NCBI GenBank assembly: GCA_951406725.2
Contig: OX597841.1
Span: forward strand, 5,208,001 to 5,272,000
Source: Octopus vulgaris
Taxonomy: Eukaryota
DNA length: 64,000 nucleotides
Direction: 5' to 3'
Shown here piece by piece: positions 25,487-39,329 of this stretch (position 1 is the first letter of the stretch; each line of letters starts with the position of its first letter). The notes beneath the pieces were generated by a model that was given only the letters and a program-made list of their open reading frames with translations, made no database searches and was not told the origin of the DNA. A program made the position numbers and the translations under genes.

Positions 25487-26060
25487 TATTCGTAGAAAAT
25501 TATTAAACAATATTCATTTCTCTGAAAGTTAAGTCGGTAAGGGGGCAGTTATGCCTCTTACATCTTGGAAATATGGGGTACAAAAAGAAGATTCTAATTT
25601 TGATATAGCGGTTTCATATTTTAGGAATCTGTTGCCGAATACGAAAAGAAATGTCCGTTGTGCATATTCTACATCTCAAAAGATTTGGGTATTATTTCTA
25701 GGAATGGAGGGACCACATCCATTCCTTTCGGAACGTTGGCGTGTATGTGTGCAAGGTGGAGAGCCGATGTAGTTTTTATTCAAAGCTTGCAATTTTAGAA
25801 CACTTTGTTCTATACAAAATCATAATCCTCGCATTTACTTACGCGGAATGAAAAAAAAAAGGGGTGGGGGTGATTACAAGGACGTGGAATACAAAGATGG
25901 AAGGGTGGTTGACCTCAAAGGCTTCGGATCATGCTCGCAACCCCTAAATTTATAGCCTTTCCATATTTAGCTGCTATTAACTCGCCCACATTTCCCCCAG
26001 TTATTTTGTCAATCACAAATCCATAGAAAATCGATAGTTTACAATCACGAAAATATAGGT

Positions 26061-26076
26061 GGCCCTTAAAAGGACC
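26061..26076 (-). terminator. Histone 3' stem-loop (H2B #1)
   Basis: rc GGTCCTTTTAAGGGCC. Confidence 0.9.
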
Positions 26077-26098
26077 GTTTTTTTCGAGAGACCAAGAT

Positions 26099-26476
26099 TT
26101 ACTTGCTGCTGGTGTATTTGGTAACAGCCTTGGTACCTTCAGAGACGGCGTGCTTAGCCAACTCACCAGGGAGAAGCAGACGGACAGCAGTCTGCACCTC
26201 ACGGCTACTGATGGTTGAACGCTTGTTGTAGTGGGCCAAACGGCTGGATTCAGAAGCTATTCTTTCGAACAAATCGTTGACGAAGCTGTTCATGATGGAC
26301 ATAGCTTTGCTGGAAATACCAGTGTCGGGGTGGACTTGTTTCATTACTTTGTAGATGTAGATGGAATAACTTTCCTTCCTCTTCTTCTTGCGCTTCTTGT
26401 CTCCTGCGGGACGTGAAGTTTTAGCCTTGGAAGCCTTCTTGGCTCCCTTCGAAGCGGTAGCTGGTGCTGGTGGCAT
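26099..26476 (-). CDS. H2B: Histone H2B
   Basis: [27 protein letters not shown]...KYTSSK; stem-loop downstream. Confidence 0.99.
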   Translation of the reverse strand: MPPAPATASKGAKKASKAKTSRPAGDKKRKKKRKESYSIYIYKVMKQVHPDTGISSKAMSIMNSFVNDLFERIASESSRLAHYNKRSTISSREVQTAVRLLLPGELAKHAVSEGTKAVTKYTSSK

Positions 26477-26727
26477 GATGTCACTCTGCTGTTAATCCCG
26501 CGGCTACCCTATTTATAGCTGTCAAGTAGGCTCAGCAGATGAACAGTTTTTGCAAATCGGCGCCGTTCATTTTCATTGGTTGAATTTGACGACTATGTCA
26601 CGTGACAAAAGCCCGCTTATTTTTCACCTGCTTCTCGACTGCTGGAGCCGATTAAGCAGTATTTAAAGGCGAAAACCTCTATATAATTTTTAATTCGCTT
26701 GTTATAAACTACTATCGAACTTTGAAA
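26477..26727. promoter_or_regulatory. Bidirectional H2A/H2B promoter
   Basis: TATAAATA (rc ~26510), ATTGG ~26575, palindrome TGTCACGTGACA 26596-26607, TATTTAAA ~26660; conserved in all three pairs. Confidence 0.85.
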
Positions 26728-27105
26728 ATGTCTGGACGTGGTAAAGGAGGAAAAGTGAAGGGAAAGAGCAAGACCCGTTCATCCCGTGCTGGACTTCAGT
26801 TCCCTGTCGGTCGTATCCACCGTCTTCTCCGTAAGGGAAACTATGCCCAACGTGTTGGTGCCGGAGCTCCAGTCTACTTGGCTGCTGTTATGGAATATTT
26901 GGCTGCCGAAGTGTTGGAATTGGCAGGAAATGCTGCCAGAGACAACAAGAAATCGAGAATTATTCCCCGTCATTTGCAGTTGGCCATCCGTAACGACGAG
27001 GAGTTGAACAAACTTTTGTCTGGAGTGACCATCGCCCAAGGTGGTGTTCTCCCCAACATCCAGGCTGTTCTTCTCCCCAAGAAGACCCAGAAGGCTTCCA
27101 AGTAA
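26728..27105 (+). CDS. H2A: Histone H2A (true ATG at 26728)
   Basis: SGRGK...[22 protein letters not shown]...LLPKKT. Confidence 0.99.
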   Translation: MSGRGKGGKVKGKSKTRSSRAGLQFPVGRIHRLLRKGNYAQRVGAGAPVYLAAVMEYLAAEVLELAGNAARDNKKSRIIPRHLQLAIRNDEELNKLLSGVTIAQGGVLPNIQAVLLPKKTQKASK

Positions 27106-27138
27106 GCGCTTTCTGTGGAGTCTACCTTCAGCATCAAC

Positions 27139-27154
27139 GGCCCTTTTCAGGGCC
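27139..27154 (+). terminator. Histone 3' stem-loop (H2A #1)
   Basis: GGCCCTTTTCAGGGCC. Confidence 0.95.
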
Positions 27155-28782
27155 CGCTACATCATAATTTTAGTCTACTTACCGTTTATTTTGCGATCCG
27201 ATTCTTCATAACATGACATCACAAACCGTCCGTGCTTCGTCTACTATTCTTTTCTTGCTATTTGATGCTTAAAGGCTTGCTTTACAGGTACACTTTGTTA
27301 GCCGTAGTTTGTAAATAAATGCATCTAAGAAAAATTCTGATCCAGGCACACCGTATGGGCCCCTCGACTTTATTTCACAACGCTGGAACTCATGCGATTT
27401 AGCTAAGAATTTTGGAGTGCATTTAACCATGGGAGAAGCATTTTTCAGTTAAAAGAAATTCAAGTATATTCAGGCTGTTGTTTCTAGCACATCCCACGTC
27501 TACCTTGATGTTTTTCAATAGTTTTCGCTGCGAATGCGCACATGCTACTAAAATTTTCCCTCCCATTGTTTTTAATAAAATATTAGAGAAAAAAGGTACC
27601 TTATTTTTGTTGCTACTAAAACTTTCCCTCCCGTAAAGGTTTATTAACTAACCTTTTTAGCAAGGAGGAAAAATTGTTATAAAAACCGCCTCCCTCCCAA
27701 CTTCCATTCTCCGGATCGGTTTTGTGGGCACTACGCACTTTTTAAAAACTACAGAAATATTTTCGGCTGTTCTTTCTAGCATAATAGCATACACCATGAC
27801 CAGCTTCCACGTTTCAGGTCATGGGATATGCCAGAAGGCCTTTAAATCACTCTTTTTCAGTGCCTACAAAATCGGTCCGGAGAGGTTAAGATTAAAAAAC
27901 ACTTTTAAAAAGATGCTCCAGATTACTTGCAAGGCGTACTGTGAAAAAAAGTCTGAAAAACCCGTCAAAACGGGGAATCTCCCACTTATGTGAGCTACTA
28001 TCTCTGACGTCCGCCAATTTTTTATCCCCTCTCCATAAATCCTAGAATTTCCACACCTGGAAAATTTGGACTGTCCGAACCCGCAATTTGTTTTATAGTT
28101 TCTAACTAATTTCCAGATGAAAGATTGTAACTTTAGCTATTTATAAGACATCCCACAGCCACCTTCCTCGCCTTTTGTTACTAACAGCGATGTTTTTCTC
28201 CAAACACATTTGATGCAAGCTTTAAAGTAGTCCATAAAATCATTTCTAAAAGCAAAGTTGCAGATTAGGACTGCCCATATTTTTAAACGAATTAAATTCG
28301 AAAGAGGATGGATTCCTGTGTACAACACCGCAAAAATTAGTCAATTTTCAGACTAACACCCGCACGATTCCCGAAAAATTTGCATATCAAAATTTCAATG
28401 ACCTCCCCCCTCATTTTTCAATTTTCCCGGAATCATTTCATTTTGGCGAAATATGTAGAAAAATATGAAGATAAATTCTGATAAAAATTGGTTTGTAAAA
28501 TCTCAATTTTCAAAAAAAAAACTATATATATATACCCCTAGGCCTTCAAGCAGGGTATCAGCCAAATCTAAAAAACTGCGATAACAAAGTAACCAATCTA
28601 GTCAACTTTCTGCAAAGATGTCTCTCAGTAATATGACAAAGTAACCGAAGTAATTTAGGTGAAATTAAAGTGGAAACTTTCCCTAACTTTTATAAATATT
28701 GTTTTCGAATCTATTTTCAATCTAGTGGGAAAATACGGAGATTAAAAATATGGAAATGTCCGATATATGCCTTACGTAGTGA

Positions 28783-28945
28783 TATTTCTTTATTACCCAT
28801 AAGGGTTTTACATAGATGGGGACAATACAATGATTTGGGGTCATGTGCACGAAATGGAACTATTTACAGTGAAATCGAATGGATTATTTACAATGAAATT
28901 GAACAAGAACAAACAAAAAGGGTTCACACAGATGGGGACAATACA
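28783..28945 (-). mobile_element. 5'-truncated L1/Tx1-like LINE tail
   Basis: TATTTCTTTATTACCC tail; TSD ATGCCTTACGTARTGA at 28767 and 28946. Confidence 0.7.
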
Positions 28946-29075
28946 ATGCCTTACGTAATGAGCCGAGAGGCTTACTGAAAGGGATAAAAAGGATTTCTTA
29001 AAAAGGAAGCTGAAATTCAAATATTTTGGATGAAGCATATTGAAGAGGCGAGTTGGCTTACATTAAGATATGAGT

Positions 29076-29091
29076 GGCCCTGAAAAGGGCC
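29076..29091 (-). terminator. Histone 3' stem-loop (H4 #1)
   Basis: rc GGCCCTTTTCAGGGCC. Confidence 0.95.
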
Positions 29092-29139
29092 GGGTTTAGT
29101 CGCTACTCACGACCTGGAAGTCACAAAAACTTCACCAGT

Positions 29140-30158
<1,019 letters not shown>

Positions 30159-30192
30159 GTTGAAAATAATGAAGCTACTGCTTTATCCCAAC

Positions 30193-30208
30193 GGCCCTTT
30201 TCAGGGCC
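30193..30208 (+). terminator. Histone 3' stem-loop (H3 #1)
   Basis: GGCCCTTTTCAGGGCC. Confidence 0.95.
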
Positions 30209-30950
30209 TCTAAATTTTTTCGTAAAGTTTTGCTAACCCTTAAGATAGTGGTATGTTTCGTGTCGTGAATTGTTTATTCGAAATAAGGTCGATATATTGT
30301 TCTTTTCCGTAATTTTTTTGTGACTAATGTTCATTCCTCGTGAATTTATTCCTGTTGGAACTGACGAATTAAGCTTTTGGGTTCGTCCAATTGCATTTTT
30401 AAATGGGGCTCGGAAATTTCACAAACTTACATCTACATGAAAAGGTTTGTGTTCCCGATTCGCTCTTGTTTTTTGTGCATGTATCTAAACGGAACTTGGG
30501 GTCGGCTATCCTGTTCTTTTCACTTAATATGTCCCTTTTTGTTTGTTCTTGTAACTCATTCAATTTCATTTTCGTTGTAAATAATCCATTCGATTTCACT
30601 GTAAATAGTTCCATTTCATCCACATGACCCCAAATCATTGTATTGTCCCCGTCTATGTAAACCCTTATGGGTAATAAAGAAATATCTATACGGAACTTGC
30701 AGCACAAATAAACCATAGCCGTCATTAGTTCAAGTTTTGTGATATTTGAATTTAGTTGCGAGTGAATCGGAACGAATTGTCGGATTCCATTTCTTTTTAG
30801 TTTAAAGGAGACAGGCTGAATGGCGCGCACGTTTCATAAAATAAAGTTTTGATGTGTGTGCTTCTGCATCCGATCTGAAGGGTTTCTATTTGTAGAAATT
30901 CAATTTTATGGAGGACTGCTCGCTCAATTTGGAATATGATAATCTTTAGT

Positions 30951-31010
30951 CATTCGTGATGAGAGAGCTTAAATGAAAATAACGAAGCCACTTGCCCTTT
31001 TCAGGGCCTC
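30951..31010 (+). pseudogene. Orphan H3 3' end with stem-loop
   Basis: ATTCGTGATGAGAGAGCTTAA (IRDERA*) followed by TGCCCTTTTCAGGGCC at 30993. Confidence 0.8.
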
Positions 31011-31526
31011 GAAATTTATTTCCGAAGTTACTTCGTGTACACCGGACTTTTTTTTAAGAACCATTTTTTCGGATTCCTGCGTTTATGTGACAACAAATCA
31101 ACTTTTCAAATTTCACCCCTTCTCCCAGTTTGAAATTTTAATTTTGTTTACCTTAAAGGGATCGTAGCGAATTAAACATGCAAATCGAAATTAAATAAAC
31201 AATAATGTGAACAGAATTTGTTTCACGATTTCAAAATTTTAAATTCAATAAGCATATAGATATGAAGGTTTTGACTGCTATTTCTAGCATGGTTAGTATC
31301 CCTTGGATACGTTTAATTATAATTTTATATATATAGATATAGATATGGATAAACGGATGGGGATACCTTAAAGAGGTAGCGAATTGACAAACATGCCGGT
31401 CAAAGCGAAAAGATCCGAAGTGAAATATAAGCAATGAAGTGTGTGCGTGGGTTACTATTTAAGAAGAGTGGTTACCTATCAAAGTAAATGAAACACAAAA
31501 TACATTTTTTTAAAAACAAAGTAAAT

Positions 31527-31901
31527 AAGCGCAGGAGTGGCTGTGTGGTAAGTAGCTTGCTAACCAACCACATGGTTCCGGGTTCAGTCTCACTGCGTGG
31601 CATCTTGGGCAAGTGTCTTCTGCTATAACATCGGGCCAACCAATGCCTTGTGAGTGGATTTGGTAGAAGGAAACTGAAAGAAGCCTGTCGTTTATATATA
31701 TATGTGTGTGTTTGTCCCCCTAGCATTGCTTGACAACCGATGCTGGTGTGTTTACGTCCCCGTCACTTAGCGGTTCGGCAAAATAGACCGATAGAATAAG
31801 TACTGGGCTTACAAAGAATAAGACCCGGGGTCGATTTGCTCGACTAAAGGCGGTGCTCCAGCATGGCCGCAGTCAAATGACTGAAACAAGTAAAAGAGTA
31901 A
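31527..31901 (+). mobile_element. SINE family A
   Basis: Full head, body and tail. Confidence 0.9.
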
Positions 31902-32216
31902 ATAAAGCAAAAACACAAAGTAAGGATCGAGTGCGAGTGCGCGCACCGGGACCACTCTTCTTAAATAGCACCTTGTCAGTGTGGACAAGAACAAGCACAC
32001 ACACACACAGCCTTTCTCCTCCCATTAAAAGATGTTTTTCTGTTGGAAGAAAAAATGCCGCAATAATTATGCACCAACCAATATACACAGATTTTATACA
32101 CATCTATATGCTTATTGAATTTGAAATCTTGAAAACTTTGATTTCTTGTATATTCCGTATTTCCGTCATCGAAAACAGAAATCTGCTGAACAAGAAATAA
32201 AAATCGGAAAGGTCTG

Positions 32217-32575
32217 TTTTTGTGAGGGGGCGGAAGGGATTCTGCACCAGGTCCATTTCATGAACCCAAATCATTGTATTGTCCCCATCTATGTAAAACC
32301 CTTATGGGGTAATAAAGAAATAATTCTGCACCAGGTCCGCTGGAGAGACGGGTGAAGTTTGAAAAATTTAAAATTTGGGGGATTATAAATTTGGACGTTT
32401 TTGTGAGGGGGCGGAAGGGATTCTGCACCAGGTCCATTTCATGAACCCAAATCATTGTATTGTCCCCATCTATGTAAAAAACCTTTATGGGTAAATAAAG
32501 AAATAATTCTACACCAGGTCCGCTGGAGAGACGGGGTGAAGTTTGAAAAATTTTAAATTTGGGGGATGTTGGGGG
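32217..32575 (+). repeat. ~180-bp tandem duplication containing a TSD-flanked LINE tail
   Basis: 16-bp TSD ATTCTGCACCAGGTCC at 32239 and 32323 around a ~68-bp tail; whole unit duplicated. Confidence 0.85.
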
Positions 32576-33099
32576 GTGGGGATTATAAATTTGGACAAGG
32601 TGGTTTCAAAAAAATTTCCAAAAGAAGTTCAAAATTTTAAATTGGGGAGGGGAGGTGGAGTGAAATGTGAAAAGGGTTTTTTTTTTTCGTTCTTGGTCAC
32701 TATAAAGATCCACACCCGGGAACGAAAAAAGGAATTAACCAGACTGGAACGGGGGTGTTTAATAAGTGTGGGAAAAGAATATGTAAAAAGCAATGCGCAC
32801 TGACGACCCTGGGGGTAGGGAGGGGATTTTCGGAAAATTCACAAGATCCGATTTTTCCGTCATAAATTCGGGTAAAATGGGTATATATTGATTTTTTTTT
32901 TCTAGCGGAATCCCACGTTTTTGGTTATGGAAGATCCGATTCTGAAAAAAAAGATCTTTTCAAAATTCCCTTGTTATCGCAGATTTGTGAGATTTGGCTG
33001 TTATTTCTAGCACGTGGGTGGATAGCCGGCTTGAAGGCCTGAGAGTTGACAGAATCGTAATCTTACGGCATTCGTTATTTTGTATCGGATATCTTCGCG

Positions 33100-33258
33100 A
33101 CCTCCGTGACAGTTACTAAAATGGGAGGAGAAAGCTAAAGGGTTGCGCGTGCGTGCTTGCTTGCTCGTCTGTGTGTGCGCCCTTGTTCCTGTCAGGGACA
33201 AGCACACGCACACAACCCATTCGCTTTCTCTTCCCATTTTAGTAGCAGTCACGGAAGC
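33100..33258. mobile_element. Small MITE-like element
   Basis: Imperfect TIR CTCCGTGACAGTTACTAAAATGGGAGGAGAAAGC / GCTTTCTCTTCCCATTTTAGTAGCAGTCACGGAAG. Confidence 0.55.
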
Positions 33259-33414
33259 AAGCGAAATCTTATTGTCAAATCGAGTTCAACCGAAGGAATG
33301 CAGTATGTTATATTTATTCAAAAAGCCCCTATTATAAACCACTCCCTACAAAATTACTATAAAGCATATTAAAGTAAAAATCCCATTCGGAATAATCAAG
33401 CAGAATTCGTATCT

Positions 33415-33780
33415 ACACTCTTTTACTTGATTCAGTCATTTCACTGCGGCCATGCTGGAGCACCGCCTTTAGTCGAGCAAATCGACCACGGGACTTAATT
33501 CTTTGTAAGCCCAGTACTTATTCTATCGGTCTGTTTTGCCGAACCGCTAAGTGACGGCGACGTAAACACACCAGCATCGGTTGTCAAGCAATGCTAGGGG
33601 GACAAACAGACACACAAACATATATATATACATATATACGACAGGCTTCTTTCAGTTTCCGTCTACCAAATCCACGCACAAGGCATTGGTCGGCCCGACA
33701 CTTGCCCAAGGTGCCACGCAGTGGGACTGAACCCAGAACCATGTGGTTGGTAAGCAAGCTACTTACCACACAGCCACTCT
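33415..33780 (-). mobile_element. SINE family A
   Basis: rc match with a short internal deletion. Confidence 0.9.
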
Positions 33781-34200
33781 AATTTTCGCCACTACTATAT
33801 GTATAAGGCCTGTGCGAGGGTTGGATGTGAGATGCTATGTACAAATTACACTATCACTTACGGCTGGGACACTTTCCCCTCACTCACGTCAATTCTATTT
33901 GCTGCAATAAAATCCAAATTGCCTACCTCGTATTTCAGTTCGTTATGTGTGGATATGACTAGGGCTCGTTTAAGGTTAACATGCAATTCCGAAGAGAAAA
34001 CAGGATCGAAAGAATTGGATGCATCACCGAACCCAGATCAGATATGTCCCCATTATTTGCCTATAACAACCCCTTATCCTACCTCGGCGATCAAAAGATC
34101 GTGCTTCTAGGATTTCGAACGACACCACGTATATCGTGAATAACAAATAAAATCGCAGATCTATAGAAAATCGATAGTTTACAATCACGAAAATATAGGT

Positions 34201-34216
34201 GGCCCTTAAAAGGACC
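34201..34216 (-). terminator. Histone 3' stem-loop (H2B #2)
   Basis: rc GGTCCTTTTAAGGGCC. Confidence 0.9.
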
Positions 34217-34237
34217 GTTTTTTCGAGAGACAAAGAT

Positions 34238-34615
34238 TTACTTGCTGCTGGTGTATTTGGTAACAGCCTTGGTACCTTCAGAGACGGCGTGCTTAGCCAA
34301 CTCCCCAGGGAGAAGCAGACGGACAGCAGTCTGCACCTCACGGCTACTGATGGTTGAACGTTTGTTGTAGTGAGCCAAACGGCTGGATTCAGAAGCTATT
34401 CTTTCGAACAAATCGTTGACGAAACTGTTCATGATGGACATAGCTTTGCTGGAAATACCAGTGTCGGGGTGGACTTGTTTCATTACTTTGTAGATGTAGA
34501 TGGAATAACTTTCCTTCCTCTTCTTCTTGCGCTTCTTGTCTCCTGCGGGACGTGAAGTTTTAGCCTTAGAAGCCTTCTTGGCTCCTTTCGAAGCGGTAGC
34601 TGGTGCTGGTGGCAT
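34238..34615 (-). CDS. H2B: Histone H2B
   Basis: Protein identical to 26099-26476. Confidence 0.99.
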   Translation of the reverse strand: MPPAPATASKGAKKASKAKTSRPAGDKKRKKKRKESYSIYIYKVMKQVHPDTGISSKAMSIMNSFVNDLFERIASESSRLAHYNKRSTISSREVQTAVRLLLPGELAKHAVSEGTKAVTKYTSSK

Positions 34616-34863
34616 GATGTGCTGCTGTTAACTCTGCAGCTACTCTATTTATAGCTGTCAAGTAGGCTCAGCAGATGAACAGTTTTTGCAAATCGGCGCC
34701 GTTCATTTTCATTGGTTGAATTTGACGACTATGTCACGTGACAAAAGCCCGCTTATTTTTCACCTGCTTCTCGACTGCTGGAGCCGATTGAGCAGTATTT
34801 AAAGGCGAAAACCTCTATATAATTTTTAATTCGCTTGTTATAAACTACTATCGAACTTTGAAA

Positions 34864-35241
34864 ATGTCTGGACGTGGTAAAGGAGGTAAAGTGAAGGGAA
34901 AGAGCAAGACCCGTTCATCCCGTGCTGGACTTCAGTTCCCTGTCGGTCGTATCCACCGTCTTCTCCGTAAGGGAAACTATGCCCAACGTGTTGGTGCCGG
35001 AGCTCCAGTCTACTTGGCTGCTGTTATGGAATATTTGGCTGCCGAAGTGTTGGAATTGGCAGGAAATGCTGCCAGAGACAACAAGAAATCCAGAATTATT
35101 CCCCGTCATTTGCAGTTGGCCATCCGTAACGACGAGGAGTTGAACAAACTTTTGTCTGGAGTGACCATCGCCCAAGGTGGTGTTCTCCCCAACATCCAGG
35201 CTGTTCTTCTCCCCAAGAAGACCCAGAAGGCTTCCAAGTAA
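34864..35241 (+). CDS. H2A: Histone H2A
   Basis: Protein identical to copy 1; ATG at 34864. Confidence 0.99.
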   Translation: MSGRGKGGKVKGKSKTRSSRAGLQFPVGRIHRLLRKGNYAQRVGAGAPVYLAAVMEYLAAEVLELAGNAARDNKKSRIIPRHLQLAIRNDEELNKLLSGVTIAQGGVLPNIQAVLLPKKTQKASK

Positions 35242-35274
35242 GCGCTTTCTGTGGAGTCTACCTTCAGCATCAAC

Positions 35275-35290
35275 GGCCCTTTTCAGGGCC
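35275..35290 (+). terminator. Histone 3' stem-loop (H2A #2)
   Basis: GGCCCTTTTCAGGGCC. Confidence 0.95.
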
Positions 35291-35682
35291 CGCTACATCA
35301 TAATTTTAGTCTACTTACCGTTTATTTTGCGATCCATTATCTGGTTAAAGCTATTGTATTCTTTTGATTCTCTAGCTATTTGATGTTTTTACATAACTTC
35401 TTATGAATCGCTGTCGGATAGTTCCAGGTGATGACCTCGCCAATATTCTAAGATTACGGATTTTCAAAATTTTTTAACTGTGGCTGTGAGTAAATAAGGT
35501 AAATTTAATACTGAAAGTTATTGGGTCATCAAAGTAAAAGAAAAAAACAAGGCTACTTGGTGTAGAAAGATCTAAAACTAATTTGGGTAAGAGAATCAGG
35601 GAGATGGCTTTCGGAAAATTCACACGATCCGATTTTTCCCTCAACTTTCAGGAAAAGGGGTATCTTTTAATGAAAGCTTATA

Positions 35683-36076
35683 CAGGCGCAGGAGTGGCTG
35701 TGTGGTAAGTAGCTTGTTTACCAACCACATGGTTCCGGGTTCAGTCCCACTGCGTGGCACCTTGGGCAAGTGTCTTCTACTATAGCCTCGGGCCGACCAA
35801 TGCCTTGTGAGTGGATTTGGTAGACGGAAACTGAAAGAAGCCCGTCGTATATATATGTATATATATATATATATGCGTGTGTCTGTTTGTCCTCCTAGCA
35901 TTGCTTGATAACCGATGCTGGTGTGTTTATGTCCCCGTTACTTAGCGGTTCGGCAACAGAGACCGATAGAATAAGTACTGGGCTTACAAAAGAATAAGTC
36001 CCGGGGTCGAGTTGCTCGATTAAAGGCGGTGCTCCAGCATGGCCGCAGTCAAATGACTGAAACAAGTAAAAGTAAA
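35683..36076 (+). mobile_element. SINE family A
   Basis: Full length; empty site in the paralogous arm near 42490. Confidence 0.9.
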
Positions 36077-36461
36077 GTAGATGCCTTCTCAAACATGGTA
36101 GGAATTTGAGGAAAACTTTTCTCGGTGTACAGGGAAGAAGTATCGGATCAGAAAGACTACATAGCTATTTTTTTTAATTTCCCACCTTCCAGATCGATTT
36201 TTGGCCTAGTTTTTGTTCTTAAAAGTCCATAAGAGGAGACTTTTCGACAGAAAATAAAAGATTGTAAAGAAAGGAAAAAGTGTAATTTGACGGAGATTTG
36301 GCTATCCTTTCTAGCACATTCCAGGACTGCCCTCGTTGTTACTTTCTCGTTCACGCATGTATTAATGTTTCCCAATATTCTTCTCCCCATAAACACATTT
36401 ATGCTATAAAGAGAAATATTCAACATTTGTGATTTGCTTTCAGCCCTACTCTCCGCCTCTG

Positions 36462-36807
36462 ATTACTCTTTTACTTGTTTCAGTCATTTGACTGCGGCCA
36501 TGCTGGAGCACCGCCTTTAGTCGAGCAAATCGACCCCGGGACTTATTCTTTGTAAGCCCAGTACTTATTCTATCGGTTTCTTTTGCTGAACCGCTATGTG
36601 ACGGGGACACAAACACATACATATATATATTTACATATATACGACGGGCTTCTTTCAGTTTCTGTCTACCAAATCCACTCACAAGGCATTGGTGGGCCTG
36701 GGGCTATAGCAGAAGACACTTGCCCAAGGTGCCACGCAGTGGGACTGAACCCGGAACCATGTGGTTGGTTAGCAAGCTACTTACCACACAGCCACTCCTG
36801 CGCCTAT
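36462..36807 (-). mobile_element. SINE family A
   Basis: rc head AGGCGCAGGAGTGG. Confidence 0.9.
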
Positions 36808-36935
36808 TGTTTCTGTTTGTAATTTTAAATATTGGGGAGACTGGGGTCATTTCTGGCATTTATCCACTGATTTTTAAAAAAGAAATAGGTAAGAGATTAA
36901 TTTTAAACAGCATAATTTCTGTTAGAAAATGTTTT

Positions 36936-37357
36936 GGCAATCTTTCGTCTCTAGTAGGCCTTTCCGTCGATTTCCGTAAAAAAATTTTTTTTTTTTTTAC
37001 ATATGGGCTTGCGGGAACTTTTGAAGTAATGAGAGCGAAAGAGACTAAGAGAAAGCGATTGTATGACGAGGGAAGTTCTTTTGAAGTTACCGTGCATGGG
37101 ATGCATTGATGTACATGTGTGTGTGTGTTTGATGGGGTGTGGGAGACAGACAGTATGTTGTGTAAGTGAAGTGCTTCTGTTAGTGTGTGTGAAGAGACAG
37201 AGTAATGTGTGAAAGAAAGAGATAACTGAAATTTTTTACTCGGTGTATGTGTATATGTATGTATATTACTTCAAAAGTTCCCGCAAGCCCATATGTAAAA
37301 AAAAAAAAATTTTTTACGGAAATCGACGGAAAGGTCTACTAGAGACGAAAGATCGCC
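36936..37357. mobile_element. Merlin-like MITE (copy 3) with 8-bp TSD
   Basis: AATGTTTT at 36928-36935 and 37358-37365; empty paralogous site near 41615. Confidence 0.85.
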
Positions 37358-37689
37358 AATGTTTTTTCTCTTAAACACAGACATGGCTTTCTTTTGTTGC
37401 CGCTTACATCTCGCCAATGGAGCAAGCGTATGGTCCATTGGTATCATTAAGGGTGGTGGGGAAAGAAAAAGTAACTTCCAAACCGTTTTTTTCACAAAAA
37501 GATGCCCCCCTCGTCATTTCGAAGGCTGTGGTGAAAACCAACTGGAAAATGCCCGTCAAAATGGAGAAATTCCAACTTATGTGGTCTTCTTGATCCGAAA
37601 CACTTCTCCCCACTCGCCTTGGAAAAAATTTCCTCCCACAAATTTCTTTATAATCGTAATCTATTCCGTTTGAAAAAAAAACAAACATT

Positions 37690-37995
37690 TACTCTCTACT
37701 CTTTTACTTGGCTATGCTGGAGCACCGCCTTTAGTCGATCGAATCGACACCGGGACTTATTCTTTGTAAGTCTAGTACTTATTTTATCGGTCTCTTAGGC
37801 TGAACCGTTAAGTTACGGGGACGTAAACACCAGCATCGGTCGTCAAGCAATGTGGTGGGGGACAAACATATATACGACAGGCTTCTTTCAGTTTCCGTCT
37901 ACCAAATCCGCTCACAAGGCTTTGGTCGGCCCTAGGCTATAGTAGAAGACACTTGCCCAAGATGCCATGCAGTGGGACTGAACCCGGAACCATTT
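37690..37995 (-). mobile_element. SINE family A, 5'-truncated
   Basis: rc match to body and tail. Confidence 0.85.
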
Positions 37996-38809
37996 ATATA
38001 AACTTTAATTAAAAGATAGATATTTTCCTGAAAGTTATGAGGGAAAAGTCGGATCGTGTGAATTTTCCGAAAGTATCCTACCCACCCCCACCCTCGTTCG
38101 TGTACGCTAATTTTTTACATTCGTTTTCTACACATTTTTAAATACCTATTAGACTAGGTTTTTTGTTTTTAGTCACCGGGAGTTAAAGTAAACATTGTCC
38201 TGATATTGAAATACATGTTTGTGTCAATGAAGCAAGGAAGGTAGTCATGGGAAGTGCTAGAAATAACAGCCAAATCTCCCTTAAATCACCTTTTCGTCTA
38301 GGTTTCTCCCATGGTTTATAAGTGCATCGTGCCAAGAAATAATAATAATAATATCAACCCTCGAAATATTAAACTCATTTGCGTTATACATTTTACCAAC
38401 TCAATATATATTTCAATGACAAAGTACCTACGTATGATTGATTGATTGATTCTAGTTTCAGCTCATGAGCTGTGGCCATGCTGGGGCACCGCCATGTTTG
38501 CTGTTCTTAGTTAATACCACGGAGAAACTCGGAAATATTTTCAGCATTCAAGGGTTAAATTAAAATCCGAAATTTAAAATAAAATGGGAAATTGAAGATT
38601 AAAGCTAATTAAACTAATGAGCTGAAGGTATATTAAGACTATTTGAAGTCATAAATATATTTTCAGGACGTGAGGGTATTGCACTAAGCTGTGCAATAAA
38701 AAGCTTATTTCGCAACTGTGGTTCTAGATTCAATGCGCGAAAGGCTGACGTGTGGCATTTACCAGCGATGCCACGCAATGGGACCGAACCCGGGACTTGG
38801 TGATGGCAA

Positions 38810-39325
38810 AGCAAACGTGACCATTTCGGAAGTGTGGGTTTATGCCGAACACCTGTTGTCGGACGAGGGAAGAGTACAGCTGTCGTCTGAGTCATCTTAA
38901 AAATTGACCCGCCTGGTTTCATGACGAACGAAGGTGTAAGCATTGCTTTCTCGTAATAGTAGCACTTACGAAAGGGGTTATATGGAAGACTAGAGTGAAA
39001 GGTATAATGTCAGACACCATGATCTCTGGCACCGCCCTAACGAACTTTTTCAGTGTCTGTATTCAAAAAGAGATGGATGCGTGTAGCACGAATGCTAGGT
39101 GTGAAAGGCCTTGCATGAACACGCCGTGATCCCTTACCGAAATTTTCAGTTAAACTAACAGGGCTCGTGGGGTCGGCTACCCTGTTCTTTTGACTTCATT
39201 TGTCCCTTTTTTGTTTGTTTGTTCTCGTTCAATTTCATTTTTCATTGTAAATAGTTCCATTTCATCCACATGACCCCCAAATCATTGTATTGTCCCCATC
39301 CATGTAAACCCTTTTGGGTAATAAG
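38810..39325 (+). mobile_element. L1/Tx1-like LINE ORF2 C-terminus and 3'UTR
   Basis: ISEVWVYAEHLLS..GRVQLSSES / KIDPP / VIWKTRVKG / ISGTALTNFF / KRWMRVARM, then tail CCCTTTTGGGTAATAAG; clade assigned from recalled motif similarity. Confidence 0.55.
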
Positions 39326-39329
39326 CAAA

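Noticed and set aside
26722-26727. N-terminal MK extension of H2A (also at 34858 and 43975)
   Set aside because: The ORF caller used TTG; the canonical start is the ATG two codons later
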